From NCBI RefSeq assembly GCF_036321535.1, contig NC_087437.1:84942001-85006000 (forward strand): 64,000 nucleotides of DNA, in the 5' to 3' direction. Position 1 is the stretch's first letter. Each line of letters starts with the position of its first letter. The notes beneath the pieces were generated by a model. The model was not told the origin of the DNA. It saw only the letters and a list, made by a program, of their open reading frames with translations, and made no database searches. Positions 1 through 13,378 of the stretch are shown piece after piece. A program made the position numbers and the translations under genes. This stretch comes from Camelus dromedarius (taxonomy: Eukaryota).

Positions 1-2030
1 AAATAGTGAAGTTATTTTTTTGAATTTGGAATATAATTAGGTAGCTATGCATTCACATTTTTGTTTGATTTTACTAATTGGTTTAAAAATATCTTTGGGA
101 TTTTGGAAACATATTACTTGCAAATTCATCTTCATCTCAATAATCCAACACAAATTTTATTCTGTATATAAATAATTTATACTTTTAATATTCAGCCAAA
201 AATTAAATGCTAAATGATATCTTTTTCTGATTTTGGAAGGATTATAAGCAGTAGATTAAAAAATATCCAGATTTTTGAAACTCAAAGCTTTCATAATGAT
301 ATCACATGTTAACTAAGCATTCAATTCTCAAAAGTGATTCAGAATTATTAGTTAGGTATAGCATCTGTCTGTTCATTATTTCACATTCCCTAAAATATGC
401 AAAGAAAATTTATAACACAAAAACACTCTTATCTACTTATCTGTATATCCCAAAATTGAAGTAGGAAAGCAAGAGTAAGTATAGTTAAAAGGCCAATGAC
501 TAAGGAAGCAATTTGGATTAAACTATGAATGATCTGTGCCATTAAACTAAAATACAATGAATTGAATTTGATAGCATTTAGGAAGATATATACACCAATA
601 AAGGGATAATTAATATTTTAATACTGATTACAAACATTTTCAGTAAGACATGTATTAAAAAATGAAAAAAGCCTATCACAGATGTATGTAAAAAGAAACA
701 TTTAATTGCATTTGAAAAGAAGCATGTAATTATAATTTTATTAAAAGGCTTGTCCTTTTAAACTTGAAAATTAGAATGAGAAAATCAGATTATAAGAAAA
801 ACTGTTACTTTCTGAAATGTTTTAATTTGTTTTGCTGGCTTTAGAAAGGAGTTATGTTAGACATTTAGATTTAAATAATAAATGAGACAAAGTAAAATGT
901 AGAATACAAGACTGAAAAACCAACATCAATTTATAAATAACTTCTGGACATTATTGAAAAAATATTGAAAAATCTTTGGGGTTAATGGTTATACTGGTTA
1001 AAATGATATATAAAGAATAATTATAATATCTTATTTTTTGGAGGTATATTACTTAAAAGATGAATTTCTGAAGACATAGGTAAATGTCTCAATGGTAAAA
1101 AGGAAACAGGATACTTTAGATTTTTTTGTATGCCTTCTACCTAAAATAACTTTTACTTTCTCACACAATTTTCTTTATGTGTAATCATATTAATTATAAT
1201 ATTATTTTATTCATTTATATAATTGCAAAGCCTATAATTCCCAGTTTATAGTGTGGATATTTAAAAATAAACTCATTTGTGACTTTTTAAAATACATTTT
1301 ATGGGATCAAAATATAGCAGAGATTTGATATTAACCTAGTCTATTTTAAAAATAGATGAATAATGTTGTTTCTGAGAGGCAATATTTAACTTCATTACTT
1401 TTTTTATTGAATTTATAATTCTACTCTACTTTTCCCAAAGAATTTATTTTAATCTATTTTATGCTTCAAATTCTTTTATTGATCACCCTACTTTATTTCC
1501 CTGTAACAACTACCTAAATCTCAGAGTTGTATTTTTTTCTTATTATTAGAATTATTTTACACACATTTATCTGAACAATCTAAATGTATTATATGTTTTG
1601 ATGAATAATTATAAAGCACAAAAGGTAAATTCTGACTGGAAATAGATTTTTAAATGAAATAGGTGAGATTTACAATTCTATATTAAATATATTCAAATCA
1701 AAGAGACAGCTGTAAAAGGAAGTTTCTGGGTTTTTTAAAATTTAAAAATGTCATTCAGTGCTTTGACTTCCTTCTGAGTAATATGCCAAGAAACAGTGAT
1801 TTATCATGAAAATTATAACAATCTGTTACTTGACAACTTAATTATGTCCTTTAATTTGTTGGTATAAACAAAATAAAATAAAATAAAAATGAAAATGGGA
1901 AATTTTGATCTACTGATAAATCTGTTACCTAATCTTTAGAGTCATTAATTTTTTTCAGCATTTTCCATTTTTTACTCTGTTAGGTGTCCTGAACACTTTG
2001 TTTGTTCATCTGTTTGTTTTTTTGTTAGGT

Positions 2031-2200
2031 TTGTTTTTAACAGTTTTATTGAGATGTAACTTTCATACCACAAAGTTCACCTATTTAAATTACACAATTC
2101 AGTGACGATGAGTGTATTTACAGAGTTGAGCAACCATCACCATGATCTGATTTTAGAACATTTTCATCACCTAGGATAATGAAAAAAAAAATCATGTACC
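2031..2200 (-). mobile_element. Old L1 (L1MB/L1MC-like) 3' end fragment
   Basis: T-rich tail followed by 'ttttattgagatgtaactttcataccacaaagttcacctatttaaa...caaccatcacc...ttttagaacattttcatcacc', the typical antisense reading of an old eutherian L1 3' UTR. Confidence 0.75.
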
Positions 2201-3734
2201 CAATTAGCAGGCCACTCTAGCAAAGGGCAGCATAATATAATTCAATTTCAGTGTAAGAAAATGTCTAATTAGGTTGTGATTTACATGGTCACGGCAGAGA
2301 AATTGCCTCATGCAGGGCCTTCTCAAGCAAATACTGTTAAGAATAGCATACACATAGAAACTGAAGATATGGAAAAGGATTCCCATAAAAGTCTTCATGC
2401 TCTGGTACCTTTTTGGAAAGTCTTTTTATAGACCTAGGAGTGTGCTTGCACAGACGTATACCATGGTATAGTAAAGCGTTATTTTTTTTTAAATCTATTC
2501 ACTCGTTGGGTAATAGAGAACAAAGTCAGCACATAATATTCCAGTAGGAAAATTTATAGGTAGAAACACATAAATTACACATAGAGTTTTTTTATGGGTA
2601 TACAAAGTAGTAGTTTGAAATTTTGTTATAATTATTTATACCTGCTTTGAGCCAAAGCCTGTCTGTCCCTCTCTGAATGGCTTGGAAAATGTGTGAGTGG
2701 TGAGAATATTTTCTTGCAACATGTTGCCAGTGATAGGCAAATGTTTAAAGTTCATGTATTCCAGTTATTTTTAAAGGTATTTCACCCTTCTATAAAGTTT
2801 TGTAATACTCTTGGGTCTGTGCCTTAGTGAATTTTGAAGCACTTGATGATATGGATTGATAATTTATGACCACATTTATACTACTTGCTAAGAGCAATTT
2901 ATTCAGTGTTAACATACAAAGGCCACTGGGGCCTCAAGAATTATAACTTGCCATTTTAATGTATTAGATTTAATAGTTAACTTATGTTTATGTTTAATAT
3001 TTTTTCAAAATGTTTGGACTGTTAATATTAAATTTACTATTGGTACATGACATTTGCAGAATCATCAGAAAAAAAGCAGGTCCACAATTCTAACTCTATG
3101 TTTACTTTGGAACTGTTTAATCATTGAGGGTAGTAAAACCACCTAATTTTTTCTCTTTTGCTTTCTATCTCTCACTCTGAATCATACTATCTCTTTAACA
3201 TTATGTAGTGTGGCTTTACAGAAGGATAGTCTCAAAAGGGAATATTCTTCTGTAGAATTTCATGGTGTCCATACACATCATTTCAATAAATTTGGTGAAA
3301 TATTTAATCTATAATCAATACTGGAATATCCTCTTAAGCACATCTCTTTCATTCTACTGCCCAATGCTGGAATATATATATTTAATGAATTTGCATCTAC
3401 TCTGTTAAAACACATAAGAGATATAGTATATCAGAGAATGCACTAGTTTAAGAGGCAGAATTTTTAAATCCTTCAGTAAATACGATTGTTGCAAAATCTT
3501 TCCTTATTTTAACTTAACATCTGAGTAACTTCATTCTCTTGGTCCTATCTCCAAGTCATAGGTGAATGTAGGTAATTCCCCAGAAGTAAACTTCTATAAT
3601 TTATAAAAAAGAAAAGCAAAATATAAACAATAAATGATTATTGCAGTACTCCAAGTCTCTACGATTACTGAAATCAAACCATGTATTTTATCGCAGCTGT
3701 GGTACTAGCTATATTGATAGCATATAATTTCAAT

Positions 3735-4250
3735 CTGTCTATTCAATTAAAAAAGCATTAAGTGCCTGTTACTGTGTTTAGTCATCTTTTTCTATAAGAT
3801 AGTTAATGTACTAGGACCCTTGATATTTTCATAAAAAGGTGGATAAAAAATAAAACAGAGAAGAAAGGAGAGAAGAAAAGAAGGAAGCATGGTTTTTCTT
3901 TTTTCTCCCACATGACAGCTATGCAGGTTATAAACTACCTTAAACCAATCAGATTTTCTCATAGAAAATAAAAAATGACTACAAATCCAAATATATGTAA
4001 TATAGACTGAGTAGAATTTATGTAGCATGTATAATATTATGAAGAAATAAAGAGAAAAAATAAATTATTGATTTTATAAGTGATCTTAAGTTAGTCTAAT
4101 GGAATATACATTGGAAATTAGAACGGTAATAGCAGAAAGAAATCAGTGAATTATTAAAATAGGGAATTAAGCAAAGAAGAAAAAAAATGTTTTGTCATGA
4201 CTAAAAGAGACAAAACTATGGCAAACTAAAAAATACTCTAAATAAACAAA
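3735..4250 (-). mobile_element. Highly diverged L2 fragment
   Basis: 'attcaattaaaaaagcattaagtgcctgttactgtg' resembles the antisense L2 3' terminus, and downstream purine-rich sequence fits the L2 body. Very degenerate. Confidence 0.35.
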
Positions 4251-4899
4251 ATAGAATATTTCTTTCCCTGAGATAAGAATAAGCTGATATAACAGTTACT
4301 ACCTTAATGGTTTGAAGAGCTTGTAGTTGTGTCAGCATTTCAACAGTTTTTCTACATTTCATCCATTGCAGTGAGCGATCTCAGGATCAGAACAGTCAAC
4401 TACTGAAATACAATCATATTTTCTACTTCAGAAACAGATTAATTATAATTTCATGAGATGAATTTATAAGTCAAAAGCAAACATAGCTAAAACATGAAGC
4501 ACAGAAAAAGACCATGTTGTATCAATAATAATTGAATGTATAATAATTTATCAGAAATCTAGTAATCTATATCGTAATAACAATCTGAAGTCTATTTTAG
4601 TGTCAGTGCTTCTAGCATATGACATATAAGATAGAGTTCAAAAGAAATGCTAATTATAAAACTATATTCTTATAACTTGAGGACTGTCTCGAAAGATTGT
4701 GACAAGAATAAATTTTAGAAGACATAAAAATTGATTTTATGAAATAATTAAAATTAGAAAATTGAAATTTACAAAAAATCTCATAAAAATGAAAATAATA
4801 GATTGGCAAAATGTATCTGCATTATATATGGCAGTTAATAAATTATGTAGGCATACGAACACATAAATTTTCTAATAGATGAATACACAAATATTGTCT

Positions 4900-5015
4900 T
4901 TTGTAACATGAACTGCATAAGGACAAAGATATTTTATTCACTGCTGCTTGCTCATATCTTAAGAGAACATGACTAGCACTCACATAATTGCTAAATAGAT
5001 TGTTGGGTGAATCGT
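4900..5015 (+). mobile_element. L2 3' end
   Basis: 'tgtaacatgaactgcataaggacaaagat...ttattcactgctg...ctaaatagattgttgggtgaat' follows the L2 terminal consensus (gtaagctccatgagggcagg...ttcactgctgt...aaatatttgttgaatgaat). Confidence 0.55.
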
Positions 5016-7100
5016 TGAGTAGATAAAAACTAAGACTTAGTTCCCTCTCAATCTCTCTGATAAAATTGATTGAGGGAAAGTCAAGTTTCCGAATCCTTTA
5101 AATTGAGACCAACATCATGATGAGTTACTCCACTTATTAGACTCTGTCTATTGCTTGGCAAATTACTTCAACATGCTTTTCAAACTTGACAATAACATAC
5201 TAGGAAGAAATGTGTTTGTATAAAAAATAAATGAAAGTTATGAGTGAAATAGACTTAACATAGAGATACACTCTGGTATTTTGTGTTGTATTTTATTTCA
5301 TTCAAATATATTTAATTGCAAGTTACCAAACAAATTCCAGATCTGGTAATGAGGCACAACTCCAATTTAGAGCAATCCCCGTATTTTGCAATTGTGATCA
5401 GAAAAAGTGTATGTTGTAACCCAAGTTTTCTGATACCTATCAGAACACTTTTCCATCACTATATTCAGTCCTATTTATACCAGGCTTCAAATAAGCCAAT
5501 AAAACTGTAAATTAAAACATAGGAATTACACTTGTTGTAAGCCCTTAAACTTGAATACTTCCTGAGTAATACTAAATATATTTAATTGATTTATTTACTA
5601 AACATAATGTGTTATTATGACTAAAGTAGAGAATTTGAAAGACCCTTAATATCGGTTCGCATTTTGGTTAATATCATTTTACACAGCAACGGGGCTAAAT
5701 TAAAAGCAGGTTTTTGAAAAGGGAATTTACTTAACTTCTCTCCTTTTTTCTCTTTTCTTTTGTTCTTTCTCTCTAAAATATTTATTCATATCTTTTTTAT
5801 GCATTCCCCCATACAACTACACAAGCCTACAACAAAACTGGTAAACAATTATTTAAACTTACATTTAATTTTTTTTATTAAGGAACTTCTGCTGAATTCT
5901 ATAGAATTCTGTAGTGTCTCGTAATATATATGCTGATTCATGTGTAGGAATAAGAATTTCATGTAAAACATTGGATTAACAACTTTATTAAGAAAACACA
6001 TTTTCAAAAAAGATTGTCCATGTAATTCATCCACTTCTTTATGCCCATTTTCTTTTAAAAATTAGTTAAACCAGTAGGTAATTTATTAGTATTCAATTAC
6101 TTATAATTCCTTCAAAAGGTATTATCATAATATTGATAAAGATAATAGTTATAAACTATATAATAGTTATATTAAAACATCTAAATAAGTGTCTATAAAG
6201 TGTCTATACAGTTTTCAAAGAATGAAGTTTATTGAATCTATTTACTTAAAATTAAAAAAATTTGAGAGATTCAGTTAAACTTTCAGTTTTATTATACAAG
6301 ACTATGACATAATAACCAGACTAACAAGATATATTGTTTTACTGTTCAGAAGATGCATTTACTATCAACATGAATTGTTCAATTTTAAATTCCAGACCAA
6401 TCTCTAAAACTGAACTACAGCTTGGTTACAAAAACTTTAAAATAGGAAATGAGACAGTTTTCCTATTTGGATTAGTGATGAGTAGAAAGTCTAATTAAAA
6501 GAGAATAAAAAATGAAAATTAATTGCACGCTTAGCTAACATACATTATTGTAAAACTGTATAAAATAATTGTATCATTTATTGTGTTCTAAATAATCAAC
6601 TGTACAATACCTTTAATTTAGACATTTAAAAATCATATAAAACCATTTAACAAAAACCTAAGTAAGGTATTTAATGGACCTATTCATCAGTGTAAAATGT
6701 TACTGTTTTAATATTATTTTTAGAAGAAGAAAACCTATGACTATACTTCCATTAAACCTTAGAATTGATGAAGGTATATTCTTATCTGACAATATTTTCT
6801 ATCTCCAAGAAGCAGTGTTCATTCTGCACTTTGTTGATGGAAAATCTCCTGAGATTAAACACTTTAAGTCAAATTTGTGATTGTGACACATTTTGTTCTA
6901 CAAGATCATCTGTCTAATAAGATAGCAAACTGCAAAGAATTGAGAAATTGATTTTGCCATGTTTTAACTTAATGAAAAACAATCCAGTTTCAATCACACA
7001 GGAGGGGAGAGAGAGAGTTGCTTATTGAGACCTAGATACATCGAAAGTCAAGCAACTTTCTGTCTTTAGAGATAAGATGTAACTGAAGAGAATGATCTCT

Positions 7101-7103
7101 AAC

Positions 7104-7134
<31 letters not shown>

Positions 7135-7138
7135 CAAA
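7101..7138 (+). repeat. (AAAAC)n pentanucleotide microsatellite
   Basis: Directly visible: aacaaaaaacaaaacaaaacaaaacaaaacaaaacaaa. Confidence 0.95.
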
Positions 7139-10049
7139 TTTACAGGAAAGACATTGCTGTACCAAATGTGTGTTTAGATATTTGCCAATAAGGAATTCAC
7201 ATAAGAAGCTTCATATTATGTTCACTTTCTAGGTCAGCAAAACAAAAGGCAGTAGGTGCATTTGCATCTTTGGAAAGCAAGGAGAGATTTCTGGTTATCC
7301 ACTTTGTTTTTTCTTTCTAAGTGCTCTCTCTTTCTTTCTCTAATGGAGTGTACAGAAACCTTGACTTATCAAAATATGGGCAATGAGTATCTTACTGATA
7401 AACAGACTCTAGATTTTTGTCTCTCCTCAGTGAAGGAAAGGAAACTGCTTCCTCACCATCGAGCCCAAGCTGGTTTCTCCTGAGGAAACATTTTCTTCTT
7501 TGTATAATTCTGCCTAAAAACTTTAGAATACCTTTTCTTATTCCATCTACATACAAGCAGACTTAGTTAACTAATTAAGCTCAAATAAATGGATAGTATT
7601 AGGTAGTTATATAGCTAAAGGAAACCATGCTTTTTAGGCTTCACCGCACACAAATTTGGAGATGAATTCTTTGTTACTTGGTGTAAACTCAATGCCCTTG
7701 CTTTTGGGCTTCTGCAGAACCTTCCAGAAAGACATCAGCCTAATGAGCAAAAGACTCTGCATACTAAATTTCTTAAACCGGAGATTATATTGTTATTAAG
7801 AGCATAGGTAGAATTTAAACTCCTTCCAACTCCTTTTCTACCCAGAATAATTACATTATTTTCCTGGTTCAAGTTAGTTAAATTTTTGAAAGAATGAAGT
7901 CATCCTGTGAAAAAAGAGATTAGAAGGGAGGTACGGTACATTCTTGATACTTCATGTCTAGTGCTTTTGAAATCCAGGAATTCTTCAATTCAAGTTTTAA
8001 ATATGAAAATATAATTAAAAGTTAAAATATAAGTGCTTCAGTGATAGACATATTGATACTTTGTTTTGTTTTGTTTTTTTAAACTTTGAGATTCAGTGGA
8101 AGGTAAGAAAAGTAATTTCTGGTAGGGACTGTGTTTAATGCCCTTAGATAGCAAATCAGAGTTAGCAGTTGTAGGAGTATTCATGGATAAACTCGTGATT
8201 TGCTAATCTTGGATAAGATACATTTGGAGTATAATATATACACTAATATAGACAATTGACTTGTTTTACAAAAGAGGTTAGTTAACTCACTTACTTATTT
8301 ACCACATTTTTGAGTATCCCTCTCTGTGTTAGAAAGTTGGATGGGAGTTTACAAATTGGAAACAAAATTAAGGAAAGAATACTATTATAAAGGCTATCAA
8401 AGCTTTTCAAAGAAACTATGTCCATTGGTCATTAAACGTCTCATTTATTCTAGTGAATTCATTACTGTTGCTTAAAGGACAGAAATATAGTCTATATGTA
8501 GTTTGGTATTTTCTTCGATATATTCCCTAACATAAAAATCAATTACAAAAAGGAAATTTTGTTACTATATCTTTCAGATACAGAATCTGATGTATTCAAG
8601 CATTATTTCAGGGTTAATTGCTCCTTTAATTTCTCCTTAGTAAGTGTGCAAAGGCACAAAAATACTGAGGCCAGATTATAATCAATAAATAATACTTTTC
8701 AAATTGAAGCAGTATTTCAAGGATTTTTGAACAGATTAGAATTTTATTCTATAAATTACATTTTACCTATTATTCAATCTTTAAAAGAAAAAAAAATACA
8801 CAGACATACATGTGCCATGAAATGAAGTTTAACACTGCTAAATGTTGCAACATTAACTCATTTTTTGTGCAGAATTCAGAATAAACTTTATTGTGTATAT
8901 TTTGTACTTTATATAACTTTGATTTGAAAAATTGTTGCCCAGAACTGGGGTTAGTTTATTAGCCTGTTTTACTTTAAACCTAGTCATTTGCAATTAAATA
9001 ATGCAAGTGACAAGTGACACACTGAATTGCATACTATGTAAGGCAATAGATAATACACTTGAGAAATAAATATTACAGAATACTAACTGAATTTCTGACA
9101 TTATGAGCACTTTTGTGGTTGGTTTTAAGAGACTGATTGTTATATAAATTACTGATAGTAAAGAATGGAAGTTCAGGTTAGGTTTGCAATTAAACTGAGA
9201 AAATTGTATTCTTTGCACAGTCACAGGTATCAGAAGCAGTACAAGTAGAGTCTGTGACTTCTTGGTGAGCTTAAAAAAATAATTACTGTTTAAAATTGCT
9301 TGTTTGTACAATTGAGAACTCTTTGTATTGGTATATTATCAGTCTAAATAGAGAAGTGAATTGGTTACTGACTTTAAGTTTCAACATTCATTCTTAACTA
9401 GCAGCATAAATAATATGATCATCTTAATAGCTTTAGTTTTATTGCTGATTTGCTTTATAACTGAGTAAATTAAATTTATAAGAAATTAAAGTATTATTAA
9501 TCATAAATATTAATAAAATATGTCACACTGTCTATGTTTTAGTCATTAATATTAACAGAAATAAATATATGACACTAAATTTACTTTGAAAATTAGGATT
9601 CCCCTATCTACAAATGCTGAAAAATACTTCTCTAATTAAAATATTTGTTTCAATTTTTTAGCAAAAGCTTTGTATTTGTGCATTTGTGTGAGATAAAATA
9701 AACATTCACTTAATTCTCTATATAGATAGTTTATTCACAGTGGAATCAGTGAAAAATGCAATGCTACTGTTTAAGTAAACCAATATAATGTACAGTATCC
9801 ATTATATTAACCAATACAATATAAAACTACATTAGAAACATTTTAAAATTAATGGAAAATAAATATTTTTGTAAATACATATGTATGACAAAATAGCAAT
9901 AATTATGAAATGAAACCAGACTCTGCAACTAGTTGTGCATAACCCCTCTGGTTCAATTTTGTGAGATGAGTATCACTCCCAAAACGTTTCTTCAGACTTC
10001 ATAACCACAGTAAGGGCTAAGCAGAATTACTGATATCAAAATGATCACT

Positions 10050-10535
10050 ACTTGATGATATGAGAGTTTCTCTTGTTTTAGTTTTTCCTCTAGTTTTTAA
10101 AAAATTTTGCTTATTTTCTGAGTGGGGTTAGCTTTTTTTCCCTTCACTTATTAACTGTCGTTATCTCCCCAGCCTTATTTTTATTTTATGAACTGCTTAC
10201 TATTATTATTTGGTCATTTTCCTAGTAACATGGTTTGTAACCACTATTTCTATAGTGAAAAGAAAGAAACAAACAAAAAGCCTAACTATTCCTTGTCAAA
10301 CGTGTTGCACGTACTGTTTATTTTTGGTCTGTTGTTACTGGTCATGGGATTTTATTCATACAAGTATATTTTATGCAGACAAATTAACAAAATCTTTTCT
10401 CTGTGGTTCTGGGTTTTGTGACCATACTTAGAAAATCTTCCCCTATTCTGAAGCAACAAACTACATCTTACATTTCTTCAGCTTATTATATGGTTTTATT
10501 TTTATAACATTTAAATATCATTTCATCTGCAATTG
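10050..10535 (-). mobile_element. Ancient L1 (L1ME-like) ORF2-region fragment
   Basis: 'aaatcttttctctgtggttctgggttttgtgaccatacttagaaaatcttcccctattctgaag...tttacatttaaatat' resembles antisense L1ME ORF2 sequence. Confidence 0.55.
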
Positions 10536-11419
10536 AAAATTAGTGGAGATGAAGGAGAAGCTATATTAAATTTATTATTTGGAATGGGCGATTTGAAATT
10601 TTGTACATACTTCTGGTGCCTTTCATTGGTTTATTTTCAGTATTTATATTTGTTCAGGTGAAAATATTTGTTATTTGAATTTTATTACCCAAGATAAGAC
10701 TCTGCAGTAAAAAATTGTTTGCCTGATTCTTGTATTCCTACAGCATCAACACTAAAGAACTGTAGTCAATTATTCAGCAACTCAGGTATTAGAAAATCCA
10801 GGTGCTAGTTTTAAACTTGTTATTTGCTAATTGTTAGACCTTTGACCAATTCCTTCTCTCCAGCTTAGAGTCCCTGCACCTTACTAGAAATAAGCCTCCC
10901 CCAAACCAGACAGGACAATGGCTCTTTAAAGCAATACTGTTTTATTGTACTGTATAAAGCATTAATTAGTAGAAAACTGGCTTCTAGCCTAAGTGTATTG
11001 TTTGAGTGCAACTTCCTGGAGAAATTGACCTTGTCTTGCTATGTCTGATAACAGGAACTCATTTATTTCAAACTAAGGACAATATCAGCCATTCAGTCCT
11101 TATATTACTGTTTTTTTGTCTCTTCTTATGAAGGACTTGTTTCTATCTCCGGCTTCTAGGGTTCACATTGCATTAAGTTGCCGGCTTCACTTTTACTAAC
11201 ATCTCCATTGCATGCTGAACTCACCTAGAATTCTGGAAGTACCTAAGCAACTGAAGGATATCTGGGGCTCCACATGTTAGCATTTACTTTGACCGTAGAC
11301 AGCTGTATTCAGCTTCTTTCAGCTGACCAAAGAGCATTTGTTTTGAAAAATTGCCTTGTGCTCCTTTAAGCTTTTCTTTCTCCAAGAGAAGCATTTTTCC
11401 AAGCTTTCCTTGGAATTAT

Positions 11420-11495
11420 GTATTTATTCAAATGTAAAAGTGGAGCTTGCATAAGATAATTTTCAAGCTTCCTTTAGTTCTGACAGAGTCTGATT
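11420..11495 (+). mobile_element. MIR3/MIR 3' fragment
   Basis: 'tgtaaaagtggag...agataattttcaagcttcctttagttctgacagagtctgatt' matches the MIR3 3' end pattern. Confidence 0.45.
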
Positions 11496-12129
11496 ATAAA
11501 GCTGTATTTGTATGTCTCTAATTAAAAAAAAAGATTTACAGACTTCTTCCCTAATGCAATTATGATTTTACTTTTTCCTTAAGGAACTTAGCTCATTTTG
11601 GACATTCCTTTCTTGCAGAACTAAAAAGGATAAAGTTTTAATCAGAAAACTTGCATTCCTCTAAATATAATTGTTTTTGCTTATAATTTTACCCAGTGTG
11701 TGTCAACTAATTTAAAACTATAGGGATCATTGAGTGAAAAAGATCATTGGTAGTATTCTTGGATATAAAATGTAATTGAAAGATACCATTTAACTTTAAA
11801 GAAGTCATACTATATTTAATAAATCAAAATGAAATTGTTCCTATTTATTTTAAATATTTTAATTTCTTATTGTAGAGCAGTACACACATTCTTTCATCAT
11901 ACCATTTCCTTTATGATTTTGCTGAAGATCTGCCTCACTCTCTCTTTTGATGACAATCCAGTTAAATATAACCTTCCTGTAGTTCAAAAAGAGGAAAAAT
12001 TATTAATATGAAATTGATTCCAGGTGTGTTGTTTTTCACATCAGATTCTTCTGAGGCTGTTAATATTTGTTTTGTCCATGTTAGCCAAAGCACAACATTA
12101 GTTCATGGCAGAATATTAAGACTAGTAAA

Positions 12130-12265
12130 TGAGAGAAGCTGAAGAAATAGAAGAAGGAGGAGAAAGAAGAGGAGGAGGAGAGGAAGAAGCAGAGGGAAGG
12201 GAAGGGGAAGTGAAAGGGGGAAAAGAAGAGGAGAGGGGAGGGGGGAAGAGGAAGAAAAGGAGAAA
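12130..12265 (+). repeat. Polypurine (GA-rich) low-complexity tract
   Basis: About 135 nt of almost exclusively A/G (gaagaaggaggagaaagaagaggaggaggag...). It explains the overlapping spurious ORFs 12122-12313 and 12129-12326. Confidence 0.95.
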
Positions 12266-12768
12266 CACTGGGGATATTGCCATAATTCTTGAGCAGAGGA
12301 AAAGAAATGTCATTTCATCTCCATAAATTTTTGTTTTGTTTCTAAAAGTCGTGATAGAACATTACATAAAGCATACTTCTTTGACATAATAACCTTGACT
12401 GTGTCACAAAGCTTTTCTTCCTCTTTATAACAGAAAAAAAAAAACAACCCTTCAAAGCTCCTTAAACTTAATAAGAAATTTAATTGTATTTTGCCATCGA
12501 TAATTTATGGTTCCAAAGTATACTAAATTGGCAGCTGCTGATGTGAAGTACAAAGGAAATCAGGCCAATTCTAACCAAATCAGGCATAAAATTATGTTTT
12601 AATAAACGTTGGTTCCACTTCCTATTACCCTTTTCTCTTTATCATGCCTGCCTGAGCTCCATGTGTAATTTGTGTACACAGATGCTGAGTTTTATTGCTT
12701 TGATAATTTAGAAACTTGACTGTTGAAAAACAGATACTAGTATATACAGGCAGAAACCAATGAACATT

Positions 12769-12792
12769 CACACACACACATACACACACACA
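12769..12792 (+). repeat. (CA)n microsatellite, interrupted
   Basis: cacacacacacatacacacacaca. Confidence 0.9.
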
Positions 12793-13039
12793 ATGGTGAT
12801 GCAAATTGATGGCTTAAGAAATAGCTAAAAAACTGAAGTAGGAGAAACAATGTATGTTTATCAATGTCTCTACTTCTTTTGTAGGGTTAAAAATTTGGCT
12901 AACCTGCTAGTTTTGGCATTATTTGTATAACAGGAGGAACTAAGGAGACACAATGGAGAATGTAGACTTTGGGCCAAAAGAAAAAGATAGTTAAATAAAC
13001 TTAGTGTATCTATTTCTATAGAAAATGGGAATCTAGAAG

Positions 13040-13378
13040 TGTTCACCTGAGGAAAATAGACTGCCAGATATTTCTCCAGCAGAGATGGATTTATTTCATA
13101 CATCTGCAGAATATTGCAATTTTGGGTCTGCAACCATGCAGGTCCACACAGGGCAAGGGAAGGAGGGAAGGAGAATGTGTTTATAGAGAGGAAAAGGAAG
13201 TTGTAGGGCCACAGTATATAAAGAGCTCATGGCTTTTCATTGGCTTAGTCCTTCCCAGGAAAGGAGTCTTTCCTCTCCATGTTGGGCTCTGCTGTCCTCT
13301 CAGGGAGTGAGAGCTTCCCCTCTCAAGTCTCCTGACTCTATTTAATTTAGGTCTCTGTTTATTCATTCTTTTTGTGTT
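13040..13378 (-). mobile_element. ERV1-class 3' LTR
   Basis: On the minus strand the order is CCAAT (13239-13243), TATAAA (13180-13185), AATAAA (13090-13095), ending in ...AACA at 13040. It directly follows the ERV1 internal 3' signature 'gcaatgctttcagagaaagatcttgatcaaa' and a degraded polypurine tract. Confidence 0.8.

Noticed and set aside
2457..2470. 14-bp perfect palindrome TATACCATGGTATA
   Set aside because: Seven-bp arms are expected several times by chance in 64 kb of AT-rich DNA.
8994..9311. 105-aa ORF, and similar 60-120 aa ORFs such as 33539-33751, 41745-42050, 51615-51980 and 60148-60438
   Set aside because: No recognisable domain. Composition (F/L/I/K/S-rich) is typical of chance ORFs in AT-rich DNA, and many use non-ATG starts.
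12122..12326. Overlapping E/G/R-rich and S/P-rich ORFs
   Set aside because: Both are translations of the polypurine low-complexity tract.
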